Positions 25,917 through 35,868 of a stretch of DNA of 52,536 nt are shown here, in pieces. The notes beneath the pieces were generated by a model. It was not told the origin of the DNA, did not search any database, and was given only the letters and a program-made list of their open reading frames with translations. A program made the translations under genes and the position numbers. This DNA is from an uncultured Bordetella sp. (GTDB taxonomy: Bacteria > Pseudomonadota > Gammaproteobacteria > Burkholderiales > Burkholderiaceae_E), in the NCBI GenBank assembly GCA_964654745.1, contig CAZZKA010000001.1, forward strand, positions 1 through 52,536, in the 5' to 3' direction. How positions within the stretch are numbered: position 1 is the first letter of the stretch; each line of letters opens with the position of its first letter.

Positions 25917-26945
25917 ATGAAGCATCTGATTGCAGCGCTTGCCTTGGCCGCGTCCTGCGCGGCGGCGTCGGCGCAGGACGCCTGCGGCCACCGCGGCGAC
26001 CTCGACCCCCAGTACTGCGACGAAAATCGCGATCTGGTCGCCGATCCGCCCAAAGACCCCAAGCGCTTCAAGAATCCCAGCACGCTGGTCTTCACCTATA
26101 CGCCTGTCGAGGATCCCGCGGTATACGAGAAGATCTTCAAGCCTTTTACGGACTACCTCGCCCAGTGCACCGCCAAGAAGGTCGTTTTCTTTCAGGTCCA
26201 GTCCAACGCGGCGGAGATCGAGGCCATGCGTTCGGGTCGGCTCCATGTGGGAGGGTTCTCGACGGGTCCGACCGCCTTTGCGGTCAATATCGCGGGCGCC
26301 ATTCCGTTTGCGGTCAAGGGCTACGAAAAAGAATTTCAGGGCTACAACCTGATCGTCATAGTGCGCAAGGAAAGCGCATTCCAAAAGCTTGCCGACCTCA
26401 AGGGTAAAAAGCTCGCCCACACCTCGCCCTCGTCCAACTCCGGCCACATGGCGCCTATGGCGCTTTTCCCGCGAGAAGGGCTCGCCCCGGGCAAGGACTA
26501 CAACATCCTTTTTTCGGGTAAACACGACCAGTCGGTCCTGGGCGTTCGCTCGGGTGATTACGACGCAGCCGCGGTCGCCTCAGACGTCTTCCATCGCATG
26601 GCCACGCGCGGCCAGATCAAGGCCGACGACTTCCGCATTATTTATCAGAGCTCAAAATTCCCGACCTCGTCGTTTGCCTATGCGCACGATCTCGAACCGG
26701 CCCTGCGCGACCGGATGCTCAAGTGCTTCTACGACTACCGGTTCACCGATGAGATGAAAAAGGCCTTCGACGGCGCTGACCGGTTCTTCCCGGTCACCTA
26801 TCAGCGCGACTGGGCGGTGGTGCGCGAGGTCTCCGAAGCGGGCGGCGAAAAATTCAACGGCGCGGCCTACGAACGAGAGGCCAAGCGCGAGGAGGAGGCC
26901 CGTCGCAAGGCGGCCGAGGCCAAGTCCAAGGCGACGGGCAAATAA
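25917..26945 (+). CDS. phnD: PhnD-family (phosphate/phosphite/phosphonate-type) ABC substrate-binding protein with a charged C-terminal tail
   Basis: Signal peptide [20 protein letters not shown], then [29 protein letters not shown]...[24 protein letters not shown]. The ATG at 25917 has AGGAGA upstream. The tail reads [24 protein letters not shown]. Confidence 0.8.
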   Translation: MKHLIAALALAASCAAASAQDACGHRGDLDPQYCDENRDLVADPPKDPKRFKNPSTLVFTYTPVEDPAVYEKIFKPFTDYLAQCTAKKVVFFQVQSNAAEIEAMRSGRLHVGGFSTGPTAFAVNIAGAIPFAVKGYEKEFQGYNLIVIVRKESAFQKLADLKGKKLAHTSPSSNSGHMAPMALFPREGLAPGKDYNILFSGKHDQSVLGVRSGDYDAAAVASDVFHRMATRGQIKADDFRIIYQSSKFPTSSFAYAHDLEPALRDRMLKCFYDYRFTDEMKKAFDGADRFFPVTYQRDWAVVREVSEAGGEKFNGAAYEREAKREEEARRKAAEAKSKATGK

Positions 26946-26974
26946 ACAAACAGTCGACTGAGGCTCCGCCAATC

Positions 26975-27739
26975 TTGGATGACTCTCCCAGACTGTCCAT
27001 CCGCGGCCTGGTCAAGGCGTACACGCCCGGCAAGCCGGTCTTGCACGACATTGATCTGGACATCGGCGCTGGCGGACTGACCGCCATCATCGGCGCATCG
27101 GGCACCGGCAAGTCGACGCTGATTCGCTGTATCAACCGGCTGGTCGAACCGACCGCGGGCCGCATCCTGTTCGAAGGTGCCGATCTGGTGTCGCTCGACC
27201 GGCGGGCGCTGCGCGAGGCACGGTGCCGGATCGGCATGGTGTTCCAGGAGTACAACCTGGTCGAGCGGCTTTCAGTCATGGAAAACCTGCTGAGCGGGCG
27301 GCTGGGTTATGTACCAACCTGGAAGGCGTGGCTTCGCCGCTATCCGCAGAACGACATCGATCGCGCATTCGAGCTGTTGCGTGTCGTCGGACTCGAGGGC
27401 TTTGAGCGGCGCCGCGCGGACGGCCTGTCGGGGGGGCAGCGCCAGCGCGTCGGTATCGCGAGGGCGGTGATGCAAAACCCGCGGCTGCTTCTTGCCGACG
27501 AGCCCACATCCTCGCTTGACCCGCGCACCTCTGTCGACATCATGCAGTTGCTGGTCTCAGTCGGGCAGTCGCTGGCTGTTCCGGTGATCGTCAACATGCA
27601 CGATGTCGATCTGGCCCGCCGATTCGCAACGCGTATCGTCGGCATGGCGGAAGGTCGCATCGTGTACGACGGCCGACCCGAGGCGCTGACCGATGAGCGC
27701 CTGCGCCTCATTTACGGGGGCGAAGGATGGCTCAACTAG
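26975..27739 (+). CDS. phnC: Phosphonate-type ABC transporter ATP-binding protein
   Basis: [57 protein letters not shown]. The start is a TTG. Confidence 0.85.
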   Translation: MDDSPRLSIRGLVKAYTPGKPVLHDIDLDIGAGGLTAIIGASGTGKSTLIRCINRLVEPTAGRILFEGADLVSLDRRALREARCRIGMVFQEYNLVERLSVMENLLSGRLGYVPTWKAWLRRYPQNDIDRAFELLRVVGLEGFERRRADGLSGGQRQRVGIARAVMQNPRLLLADEPTSSLDPRTSVDIMQLLVSVGQSLAVPVIVNMHDVDLARRFATRIVGMAEGRIVYDGRPEALTDERLRLIYGGEGWLN

Positions 27740-28521
27740 CCTTTGAACGCAGGCCGTGGCGCACCGCCGGCTGGATCGCGCTGGTGGCCTACGTGCTCTA
27801 TGCCGCTTCAAGGCTCGATTTCACCTCGGAGCGGTTTTCGGTCGGCATGGACAACGCCGCAAGATTTCTCGGGCGAATGTTTCCGCCCGAAATTCTGCAG
27901 GCCGACAGCATGGTGAGGGGCCTGCTCGAAAGCCTGGAGATCTCGGTGCTCGCCTCAGTCGCCGGCATCATCCTGGCTGCGCCGCTCGGCGTGCTCGCCG
28001 CGCGCAACCTGATGCCGCCGTGGGTCAGTTGGCCCGCGCGCGGGCTGATTGCGCTCTGCCGCTCGTTCCACCCGGTGATCGTCGCCATTCTGTTCGTCAA
28101 GGCGGTTGGCTTTGGCGCGCTCGCGGGAATCCTCACGCTCACCGTCGCATCGTTGGGATTCATCGGCAAGCTGTTTGCCGAGGCCATCGAGGAAATATCC
28201 CTCAAGCAGGTCGAGGCTATCCGCGCGACCGGCGCGCGCTTCGGAGGGGTGCTCGCCTATGGCGTGCTGCCGCAGGTGATGTCGAGGTTCGTGGGCTTTG
28301 CCACCTATCAGGTCGACTCCAATCTGCGCAATTCCACTATGGTCGGCATCGTCGGCGCGGGCGGGATCGGCAGCACGCTGTTCGCAGCCTTCCAGCGCTT
28401 CGACTACAGCTTTGTATGCGCAATCCTGCTCGCGATCATCGCCATGATCATGGTGGGCGAGACGCTTGCCCGCGTCGTGCGCGGAATGCTTGGCATCGAC
28501 GCGAGGCGAAGCGATGCCTGA
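27727..28521 (+). CDS. phnE: Phosphonate-type ABC transporter permease
   Basis: Polytopic permease with the EAIEEI...EAIRATGA motif typical of PhnE. It overlaps phnC by 13 nt. Confidence 0.85.
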   Translation: MAQLAFERRPWRTAGWIALVAYVLYAASRLDFTSERFSVGMDNAARFLGRMFPPEILQADSMVRGLLESLEISVLASVAGIILAAPLGVLAARNLMPPWVSWPARGLIALCRSFHPVIVAILFVKAVGFGALAGILTLTVASLGFIGKLFAEAIEEISLKQVEAIRATGARFGGVLAYGVLPQVMSRFVGFATYQVDSNLRNSTMVGIVGAGGIGSTLFAAFQRFDYSFVCAILLAIIAMIMVGETLARVVRGMLGIDARRSDA

Positions 28522-29332
28522 AGCATCCGCGCGGGCAAACGCCGCTGCGTATCGTTGGGAGCGGCACACGCGCGGCGAGCGACTCGCCCGACTGTTCCTG
28601 TCCATCGCGCTGGTCGCTGCCGTCGCGGCATCGATACGCAGCGTCGAGGTCATTCCGGAATTCCTGGTCGATGCCCCTGAGCAGGTTAGAGACCTGCTCG
28701 TCCGCATGTGGCCGATCAACTTCGGGTTTTACCCGGAGGGGGTTCACGATGCACTGGTCGATACGCTGCACATCGCGTCTTTCGGGACCATCATCGCGGT
28801 CATCCTCGCGCTGCCCGTGGGCATCCTGTCGGCGCGCAATCTGGTGCGCAACCGCATCGTCAATCTGGCGGCGCGTTTCATCCTGGTCGCGACGCGTTCG
28901 GTCAACTCGCTCATCTGGGCGCTCCTCTTTGTCGCGATCTTCGGCCCCGGGGCGCTCGCGGGTACGCTCGCGATCGCCTTCCGCTCAATAGGCTTTGTCG
29001 GCAAACTGGTCGGTGAGGCACTCGAGGAAGCCGACCCCGGTCCGATCGAAGCGCTGCAGGCGGTCGGAGCGCCGTGGCTGTCCATTCTCGCCAAGGGCTA
29101 CTGGCCGCAGTTTGAGCCCACGTTCTGGTCGGTGGTTCTGTTCCGGTGGGACATCAATATCCGGGAATCCTCGGTGCTCGGTCTGGTCGGCGCAGGCGGT
29201 ATCGGCATGGCGCTCGACACGGCGCTCAATCTTTTTCAGTGGACCCGCGTTTCGCTGATCCTGTTATCGATTTTTGTCGTCGTCGTTTGTGCTGAGATCG
29301 TAGTGACCCGTATCCGAACCCGCATTTTATAA
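28514..29332 (+). CDS. phnE: Phosphonate-type ABC transporter permease (second copy)
   Basis: Contains EALEEADPGPIEALQAVGAP and TM segments. The ATG at 28514 overlaps the upstream stop by 8 nt. Confidence 0.85.
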   Translation: MPEASARANAAAYRWERHTRGERLARLFLSIALVAAVAASIRSVEVIPEFLVDAPEQVRDLLVRMWPINFGFYPEGVHDALVDTLHIASFGTIIAVILALPVGILSARNLVRNRIVNLAARFILVATRSVNSLIWALLFVAIFGPGALAGTLAIAFRSIGFVGKLVGEALEEADPGPIEALQAVGAPWLSILAKGYWPQFEPTFWSVVLFRWDINIRESSVLGLVGAGGIGMALDTALNLFQWTRVSLILLSIFVVVVCAEIVVTRIRTRIL

Positions 29333-29342
29333 GACTTAAGCC

Positions 29343-30209
29343 GTGAGCGAGCGCCCACATATAATTCCGTCTGGGACGGGTGGACCCGAGGACGCCCGGG
29401 CCTTGCCGCTCGCGCTAATGCCGCTGGAGCCCGCACCTGCGGGGGTCTTTTTCGATATCGACGACACCTTCACTGAGGACGGTCTGGTGATGCCGCAGGC
29501 CTTATCCGCCCTCCACGCGTGGCGGGGCTCCGGGCGTCTCGCGGTGGCCGTCACAGGGCGGCCGGCGGGTTGGTGCGACCACATTGCCCGGATGTGGCCC
29601 GTCGATGCGGTGATCGGTGAAAACGGCGCATTCTGGTTTCGCTACCTGCGCGCCGAGCGCCGCATGCGCCGGCGCTTTATGCAGGATGAGGCAACGCTCG
29701 CGGGCAACCGCGACCGGTTCGATACGATCGCCCGCTCGGTCCTCGCAGCGGTTCCTGGCGTTGCCATCAGCGCCGACCAGCCCTGGCGGGCTTGCGATCT
29801 CGCCATCGACTTCGCCGAGGATGTCGAGACCGGGGGCCTGGTCACCGCTGACCGGGTCGCCGAGCTCCTCACCCGAGCCGGCATGCACGTGAAGATCAGT
29901 TCAATTCATGTGAACGCCTGGTTCGGCGAACACGACAAACTCAGTACCTCGCTTGCCATGGCGGCCGAGGAATTCGCTATCGATGCCGCCTCGCTAGCCC
30001 GCGACCATCTCTACCTGGGTGATTCGCCCAACGACGCGCCGATGTTCGGATTTTTCGCGCGATCGGTCGGTGTCGCCAACGTTCTGGGTTACGGCAACCG
30101 GATCTCGCCCATGCCGGCCTTCGTCTGCGGGGGCCGGTCATCGCAGGGATTTGCAGAGGCCCTGCATCATGTGATGCGGGGCACGCCCCCCGTCAGGAAA
30201 TCTCCATGA
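29343..30209 (+). CDS. HAD-IIB family hydrolase (phosphatase)
   Basis: Motif I FFDIDDTF, motif II VTGRP, a Lys motif, and motif IV GDSPNDAPMF. It lies 10 nt after the second phnE. Confidence 0.8.
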   Translation: MSERPHIIPSGTGGPEDARALPLALMPLEPAPAGVFFDIDDTFTEDGLVMPQALSALHAWRGSGRLAVAVTGRPAGWCDHIARMWPVDAVIGENGAFWFRYLRAERRMRRRFMQDEATLAGNRDRFDTIARSVLAAVPGVAISADQPWRACDLAIDFAEDVETGGLVTADRVAELLTRAGMHVKISSIHVNAWFGEHDKLSTSLAMAAEEFAIDAASLARDHLYLGDSPNDAPMFGFFARSVGVANVLGYGNRISPMPAFVCGGRSSQGFAEALHHVMRGTPPVRKSP

Positions 30210-30526
30210 CAACCATCGATACCTCCGCAGGCCAGGAACAGACCTTTTTCCCCGACCCGGCCAACGACCGCATGCTTGCCATGCTGATGGCGCTCGCCGC
30301 GGAGGTCTGGGTGCTGAAGGACCGGCTGCGCGCTGCCGAGAGTCTGCTCGAAGCGCGCGGCGTCCTGCCTAGGCAAGCGCTCGATACCTATACGCCGGAT
30401 CCACGGGCGGAGGCTGCGATTTCGGCCGAGCGGCAAGACTTTGTACGGGCGCTGATGGAGCCTCTTTTCGGACGCGAGTCGACACGCGGCGTGCCGTCGT
30501 CGCTGCGAAGCGGCGGTGAGCCATGA
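30206..30526 (+). CDS. Hypothetical 106-aa protein, translationally coupled on both sides
   Basis: ATGA overlaps at 30206-30209 and 30523-30526. The composition is protein-like with a predicted helical stretch LAMLMALAAEVWVLKDRLRAAESLLEARGVL. I recognise no family. Confidence 0.6.
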   Translation: MTTIDTSAGQEQTFFPDPANDRMLAMLMALAAEVWVLKDRLRAAESLLEARGVLPRQALDTYTPDPRAEAAISAERQDFVRALMEPLFGRESTRGVPSSLRSGGEP

Positions 30527-31599
30527 ATTTGCCGGCTGATCGCAGCTTCGAGGCGTACCAACAGTTCGTACTCGACTGCAAAATTTTCTGGTCGACCCGG
30601 GTATACCCCGAACTGAAAAGCCGATGGGAGGCGCACAGCGAAGCGGCCCGATCACGCGGCACGCCCCCGCCTCGCACTGCGGATGGCGTTGCAGCGCTGT
30701 TAAGCGGCGACCCCCTCCATCAGTTTTACGCCTGGTACGAGCGACACCTGCAGCGCATGAAATATTCCGGCCGGCTCGGGCTGGTTCCTCAGCATGAACG
30801 GTCGAGGGATACGATCGAAGCGCGGCTGGCCCAGGCCGACTCGCTGCCTTGCCTGAAACTCGATCCGAAGCTGCGCGCCCCCGACTGGTATACCGCCTTC
30901 GACGTACACCAGCACCCCGGCGGCGTCTGGGGCGATACGCTCGCCGGAGTCGTCTACGAGCGCGGCGCCCGCAGCACCACACCGCTCGTGCGCCGGCACG
31001 CCGACCTGCACGCGCGACTCACCGAGGAGCTGCTCGCGCGCACCCGGCCCAAGCGGCTCCTCGATCTGGGCTGCGGCTTCGGCAAGAGCACCCGCCCGTT
31101 TTATCTTGCCGACCCGGCTATGGAGATCGTGGCAACGGATCTGTCGGCGCCGTGCCTGCGCCTTGCTGCCCTCACCGCGCATGACGACGGCGCGCGCGCG
31201 GTCAGTTTCCTCCAAGCCGATGCCGCGCGAACCGGGCTCGAATCAGGCACGTTCGACGCGGTCACGAGCACGATGCTCCTCCACGAGGTGCCCCCCGACC
31301 ATCTCGAGCAGATATTCACCGAGAGTTACCGGGTGCTGCGCCCCGGCGGCCTGGCGGTGCACCTCGATTTTCTGGTCTCCGAGGCCGACCCCTTCGGCCG
31401 GTTCATCCACTTCGGCCACGGGGTGCGGAACAACGAGCCGTTCATGGAACCGCTCTGCCGCATGGATGTGGCGGCGACGCTGCTCAGGCTGGGCTTCAGC
31501 CGGGTCGAGATCCTGCCCTTTGAAGAAGCGCCTGGCACCCTGTCGCCCGAACACCGGTCCTGGCGCTTCCCCTGGGCCTTGGTGGTCGCCCACCGCTAG
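30523..31599 (+). CDS. Class I SAM-dependent methyltransferase with an ~170-aa N-terminal extension
   Basis: Motif I LLDLGCGFGKS, post-I ATDLS, motif II/III FDAVTSTMLLHEV...LRPGGLAV. Confidence 0.8.
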   Translation: MNLPADRSFEAYQQFVLDCKIFWSTRVYPELKSRWEAHSEAARSRGTPPPRTADGVAALLSGDPLHQFYAWYERHLQRMKYSGRLGLVPQHERSRDTIEARLAQADSLPCLKLDPKLRAPDWYTAFDVHQHPGGVWGDTLAGVVYERGARSTTPLVRRHADLHARLTEELLARTRPKRLLDLGCGFGKSTRPFYLADPAMEIVATDLSAPCLRLAALTAHDDGARAVSFLQADAARTGLESGTFDAVTSTMLLHEVPPDHLEQIFTESYRVLRPGGLAVHLDFLVSEADPFGRFIHFGHGVRNNEPFMEPLCRMDVAATLLRLGFSRVEILPFEEAPGTLSPEHRSWRFPWALVVAHR

Positions 31600-31722
31600 G
31601 CCGCAGGGCTGGGCCCGCCCGCTTTTGCGGCGAACCCGAGTTCCGCCCCGGTATTCCGGCACGGGTAGGCCGGATCGTGCGACACTTCGCGACGCTTCAA
31701 CGTCCCCACTAGGAGAACTCAA

Positions 31723-32721
31723 ATGATCCGTCGTTTGCTAGGCGTGATGCTGGCGGCTGCGCTGGCCCTGCCTGCCACCGTAGTGCTTGCGCAGGACAAG
31801 CTCACCGCGCTGCACTCATTTCCCGCCAACTGGGTCTATTCCCGCAGCTTTCTGGCCTTTGTAAAAAAGGTCAATGAAGAGGGCAAGGGCATCGTCGAGA
31901 TCACCGTCCGCGGCGGCCCGGAGGCAATGGGCATGTTCGAACAGCCCAATGCGGTCCGCAACGGCGTGGTCGACATGGTCTACACGCCCTGCGCGTTCTA
32001 TGCGGCCTCGGTGCCCGAGTGCGATGCCGTCTCAGCCTCGACGATCGACGGCCCGACCGCGCGCAAAAACGGCGCCTATGACGCGCTAAACGAAGCGCAC
32101 GGCAAACGCATGGGCCTGCACTACCTAGGCTGGTTTGACAGCGGCATCCGCTTCCATCTCTGGTCATCCAAGGAGATGAAGGTCGACGCGCAGGGCAATC
32201 TCGATGTGAAGGGCTTCAAGGTTCGCGGCAACCCGATCTACAACGCCTTCCTCACCAACTTCCTGGGCGCGCAGGTGCTCAACATGCCCTCGACCGATAT
32301 CTACACAGCGCTCGAGCGTGGCACGATCGAGATCACCGGCTGGACCGAAATCGGCATCATGGACGCCAACTGGGACAAGCACCTTAAGTTCCGGCTCGAT
32401 CCCAAATTTTTTTCGACCGACCTTGGGGTGATCATCAACGCCAAGAAATGGGCGTCGCTACAGCCCAAGACCCGGGAGTTCCTGACCAAAATGGCGATCG
32501 AGCATGAGGTCGGAAGCATCGCCGAAATGCAAAAGCTGCGCGACACCGAAATCGCCGAGCTCGAAAAGCGAGGAATCAAATCGTTCGCCCTGTCAGGGGA
32601 GGCGGGCAAACGCTTCATCGCCGGGGCGAGCGCGGCAGCCCATGCCCGCATGAAGGAGCGGATGGACAAGGCCGGCGTGCCCAACGACTACGAAAAACTC
32701 GTCAAGCTCTTCACCCCCTGA
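31723..32721 (+). CDS. TRAP transporter substrate-binding protein (DctP family)
   Basis: Signal peptide plus a DctP-like sequence (MGMFEQPNAVRNGVVDM...), followed by the small and large TRAP permeases. AGGAGA precedes the ATG. Confidence 0.85.
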   Translation: MIRRLLGVMLAAALALPATVVLAQDKLTALHSFPANWVYSRSFLAFVKKVNEEGKGIVEITVRGGPEAMGMFEQPNAVRNGVVDMVYTPCAFYAASVPECDAVSASTIDGPTARKNGAYDALNEAHGKRMGLHYLGWFDSGIRFHLWSSKEMKVDAQGNLDVKGFKVRGNPIYNAFLTNFLGAQVLNMPSTDIYTALERGTIEITGWTEIGIMDANWDKHLKFRLDPKFFSTDLGVIINAKKWASLQPKTREFLTKMAIEHEVGSIAEMQKLRDTEIAELEKRGIKSFALSGEAGKRFIAGASAAAHARMKERMDKAGVPNDYEKLVKLFTP

Positions 32722-32743
32722 GGCAGTGCCGGGCTCACCGGCC

Positions 32744-32780
32744 GGGTCCGGGCCGCAAGCGCCTGGACCCGTTTATTCCT
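32744..32780 (+). terminator. Intrinsic terminator/attenuator hairpin between dctP-like and dctQM-like genes
   Basis: Stem GGGTCCGGGC (32744-32753) pairs with GCCTGGACCC (32761-32770), giving 10 bp including one G-U. The loop is 7 nt, and the stem is followed by GTTTATTCCTT. Confidence 0.55.
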
Positions 32781-32855
32781 TCGCGTTATCCGGCCTGAGC
32801 ATGTCCCGGGTATCCGCGAAGGGCCTCTTTTGAAATCGACTGGCCAAACACTGCC

Positions 32856-33374
32856 GTGACCGCCTTTTCGCGTCTTTACGATTTCCTGATCCGGGCCATG
32901 GCGGTAATCGCCGCGCTCCTCATGGTTGCGGTGATGATCACGATCTGCCTCGACGTGCTGATCCGTAACCTCGATCGACAGCCCTCGGCGCACTTCTTTA
33001 CTTTCAGCGAATACGCTCTGCTCCTTATCCCCTGCCTCGGTGCGCCGTGGCTGGTTCGCGAGAAGGGGCACGTCTACGTCGAACTGCTGCTCATGTACCT
33101 GAGCGGCAAGCAGCGCCGCTGGATGGTCCGGCTGATCGGGCTTGCCTGCCTCGCTATCTGCCTGACCATGGCCTGGTACGGGTTCGAGGTCACGATCCTC
33201 GACTGGATCCAGAACAACAAGGACGTACGCTCGTTCGATGCGCCCCGCTGGGCGATCGTGATGTGGATCCCGGTTTCCTTCCTGTTCATGGGCATCGAGT
33301 TCGCCCGCTTCATCTGGCGCAATGAATCGCCACTGGCGGCGCTCGCGAGCGAAACCGGCGGGGGATCGCACTGA
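32856..33374 (+). CDS. TRAP transporter small permease (DctQ family)
   Basis: 172 aa with four hydrophobic segments. Its stop overlaps the dctM-like start (ATGA-type junction at 33372-33376). Confidence 0.85.
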   Translation: MTAFSRLYDFLIRAMAVIAALLMVAVMITICLDVLIRNLDRQPSAHFFTFSEYALLLIPCLGAPWLVREKGHVYVELLLMYLSGKQRRWMVRLIGLACLAICLTMAWYGFEVTILDWIQNNKDVRSFDAPRWAIVMWIPVSFLFMGIEFARFIWRNESPLAALASETGGGSH

Positions 33375-34687
33375 TGGACTGGATCTGGCCGGCGACGATT
33401 CTGTTCGGCGCATCGGTTGCGCTGATGCTGGTCGGCATTCCAGTTGCGATCGCATTCTTCGCGACCAACATCATGGCGGCGGTGTTTTTCATGGGCGGGC
33501 CTGCTGCCATCGGCCAGGTCGTCAACAACGGCTTTGGCGCCATGACGACTTTCGCGCTCGTCCCCATTCCTATGTTCCTGCTGATGGGTGAGTTGTTCTA
33601 TCACACGGGTCTCGCTACGCGCTGCTTCAACGCCGCCGACAAGCTGCTCGGCAATGTACGGGGGCGGCTGTCTTATGTCACCCTGATCGGCGGCACCGCG
33701 TTTGCCGGGCCCGCCGGATCCTCGATGGGTGCGTGTGCACTTCTGGGTTCGCTGATGGTCCCCGACATGATGAAACGGGGCTACAACAAGTATTTGTCGA
33801 TCGGTCCGATCATGGGGGTGGGTGGGCTCGCAGTGATCATCCCGCCCTCAGCGCTTACGGTACTGCTCGCCACTCTCGGCCAGACCGACGTTACCGACCT
33901 GCTGCTCGCCGGCGTCGTACCTGGCCTCGTGCTCGCGATCATGTACGGCATCCTGATCTGGGGTTGGACCGTCATCGATCCGAGCGCGGCGCCTTACTAC
34001 GAGGTCGGCAAGGTTTCTTTCCAGGAAAAGCTCAAGCTGATCGTGTTCGATGTCCTGCCGATGGTGGGTCTGATCGCTTTTTCCGTGGTGCTCATGCTGG
34101 TCGGGTGGGCAACGCCCACCGAGGCCGCCGCCCTGGGCGCACTGTCGGTCGCACTCCTCGCGATGTGCTACCGGGCGCTCACCTGGACAGCTATCGTCAA
34201 GTCGGTCGAGGGAGCGCTGCGGGTGACCGTTATGTCGTTTCTCATCATCTTCGGCTCAGCCACCTTCGCACAGGCTCTGGCCTTCACGGGAGCCTCGAGC
34301 GGCCTCATGAATTGGGCGCTCTCCTTCGAACTCACGCCGCTTGCGATGCTGCTCGCCATGATTGCGATTCTGCTGTTCCTGGGCTGCTTCATGGATCAGC
34401 TGTCGATGATGCTCCTCACCGCCCCGATCTTTTTCCCGCTTGCGAAGACGCTCGGGTTCGATCTCACCTGGTTCGGCCTCATCATGCTGCTTGCACTCGA
34501 AGTGGGCTACACCACGCCGCCCTTTGGGCTGCTTCTCTTTGTGATGAAGGGGGTGGCACCGCCCGAGACCACCATGCGCGATATCTATCTGGCCGCCGCG
34601 CCCTTCATTGCCTGCGTGCTGCTCCTGATCGCGCTCATCATCGTCTTTCCGCCGCTTGCCACCTGGGTCCCGGCGCTCGCGAAATAG
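33374..34687 (+). CDS. TRAP transporter large permease (DctM family)
   Basis: 437-aa polytopic protein with typical DctM sequence (FALVPIPMFLLMGELF...). Confidence 0.9.
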   Translation: MDWIWPATILFGASVALMLVGIPVAIAFFATNIMAAVFFMGGPAAIGQVVNNGFGAMTTFALVPIPMFLLMGELFYHTGLATRCFNAADKLLGNVRGRLSYVTLIGGTAFAGPAGSSMGACALLGSLMVPDMMKRGYNKYLSIGPIMGVGGLAVIIPPSALTVLLATLGQTDVTDLLLAGVVPGLVLAIMYGILIWGWTVIDPSAAPYYEVGKVSFQEKLKLIVFDVLPMVGLIAFSVVLMLVGWATPTEAAALGALSVALLAMCYRALTWTAIVKSVEGALRVTVMSFLIIFGSATFAQALAFTGASSGLMNWALSFELTPLAMLLAMIAILLFLGCFMDQLSMMLLTAPIFFPLAKTLGFDLTWFGLIMLLALEVGYTTPPFGLLLFVMKGVAPPETTMRDIYLAAAPFIACVLLLIALIIVFPPLATWVPALAK

Positions 34688-34695
34688 CAGCGGCC

Positions 34696-35859
34696 CTAGG
34701 CTGCGACAGCCTCCGCAGGCATGAGCTGTTTCAGATGCGGGAGCACGTGCGCTGCAAAGAGTTCCATGTTGCGACGGGTCAGGTCGGCAGGTAGTGTGCC
34801 GAAGTGCATCATGGTGAGGAGATTGCCAAACCGCATCGCCCTCCAGTGATCCTCCAGCATCTGTCGCACCGTTGCCGGCGCGCCGCATACGAGCATGCCC
34901 ATCTCGATCGCGACATCGATCGTGAGTTCCTGAGAGAGCGAGGCCTTGGCCTTCATCAGATTCTTGAGCGAGTCACGTGAGGTGTAACCAGGCGGCAGCA
35001 ACATCTCGACCGGCATCTTGAGCAGCCGGTTGCGGAACAACTCAAAATGCGGTTTGGCCTCGGCGCGCGCCTGTGCGTCGGTATCGGCCACATAGACTGG
35101 TACCGCCCAGCCAAGCTGGCTGTCGCTTGCTTCATAGCCATAAGCCTCCGCCGCATCCCGGTACGACTTGAGGTATTTCTCGACCACCTTGGCCGGGCTG
35201 AAGGTTTGCAGGTAGGTATATCGGCGATCCGGATGCGAGGTCCAGTCGATGGTTTCCTTGCTGCCCTGAGAGGGGACCCAGATCGGTGGATGCGGGTTCT
35301 GAAACGGGCGCGGCCATAGGTTGACGTACTCGACGTTGTAGTGCTTTCCGGAAAAGGAAAAGGGGCCCGGGCGAGTCCATGCCTGGACGATCAGGTCATG
35401 GGCCTCGTGGAAACGGTCGTGCGAAATCGTCGGATTGATACCGAAGGTGTGGTATTCCGCGCCGATACCGCGGACAAAACCGCTGATCAGTCGGCCGCCG
35501 GTGATCACGTCGATCATCGCGTGCTCCTCGGCGACTGTGATCGGATGTTCGCGCAGCGGCAACGCACTTCCGAGTATCGCGATCTTGACCCGCTTGGTAC
35601 GGCGGGCAAGGGCGGAGGCCATGACGGTCGGCGAGGGCATCAGTCCGTACGCTGTCTGGTGATGCTCGTTGACGGCGATGCCGTCAAAGCCGAGGGTCTC
35701 ACCGTACTCGAGTTCATCGAGGTACCGGTTGTAGAGTTCGTACCCCTTGACCGGATCGAAAAACCGGTTGGGCAGATTGACCCAAACCGTCTCGTACTCG
35801 CGACTCGCCTCGAAATCCAGATCGGCATAGCACATCAGGTGAAACAGGATCACGTTCAT
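34696..35859 (-). CDS. LLM-class (luciferase-like) flavin-dependent monooxygenase/oxidoreductase
   Basis: FDGIAVNEHHQTAYGLMPSP...RVKIAILGSALPLR...GGRLISGFVRG pattern of bacterial luciferase-like proteins. Its stop lies 8 nt from the convergent dctM-like stop. Confidence 0.8.
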   Translation of the reverse strand: MNVILFHLMCYADLDFEASREYETVWVNLPNRFFDPVKGYELYNRYLDELEYGETLGFDGIAVNEHHQTAYGLMPSPTVMASALARRTKRVKIAILGSALPLREHPITVAEEHAMIDVITGGRLISGFVRGIGAEYHTFGINPTISHDRFHEAHDLIVQAWTRPGPFSFSGKHYNVEYVNLWPRPFQNPHPPIWVPSQGSKETIDWTSHPDRRYTYLQTFSPAKVVEKYLKSYRDAAEAYGYEASDSQLGWAVPVYVADTDAQARAEAKPHFELFRNRLLKMPVEMLLPPGYTSRDSLKNLMKAKASLSQELTIDVAIEMGMLVCGAPATVRQMLEDHWRAMRFGNLLTMMHFGTLPADLTRRNMELFAAHVLPHLKQLMPAEAVAA

Positions 35860-35868
35860 GACAGTCTC

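Noticed and set aside
21102-34794. Long alternate-frame ORFs over real transporter genes: 21102-22298 (398 aa), 27756-28991 (411 aa), 33733-34794 (353 aa)
   Set aside because: Each spans two or more well-supported genes (livF/livH, phnE/phnE, dctM) in a different frame. Each has Arg/Gly-rich composition with no motifs.
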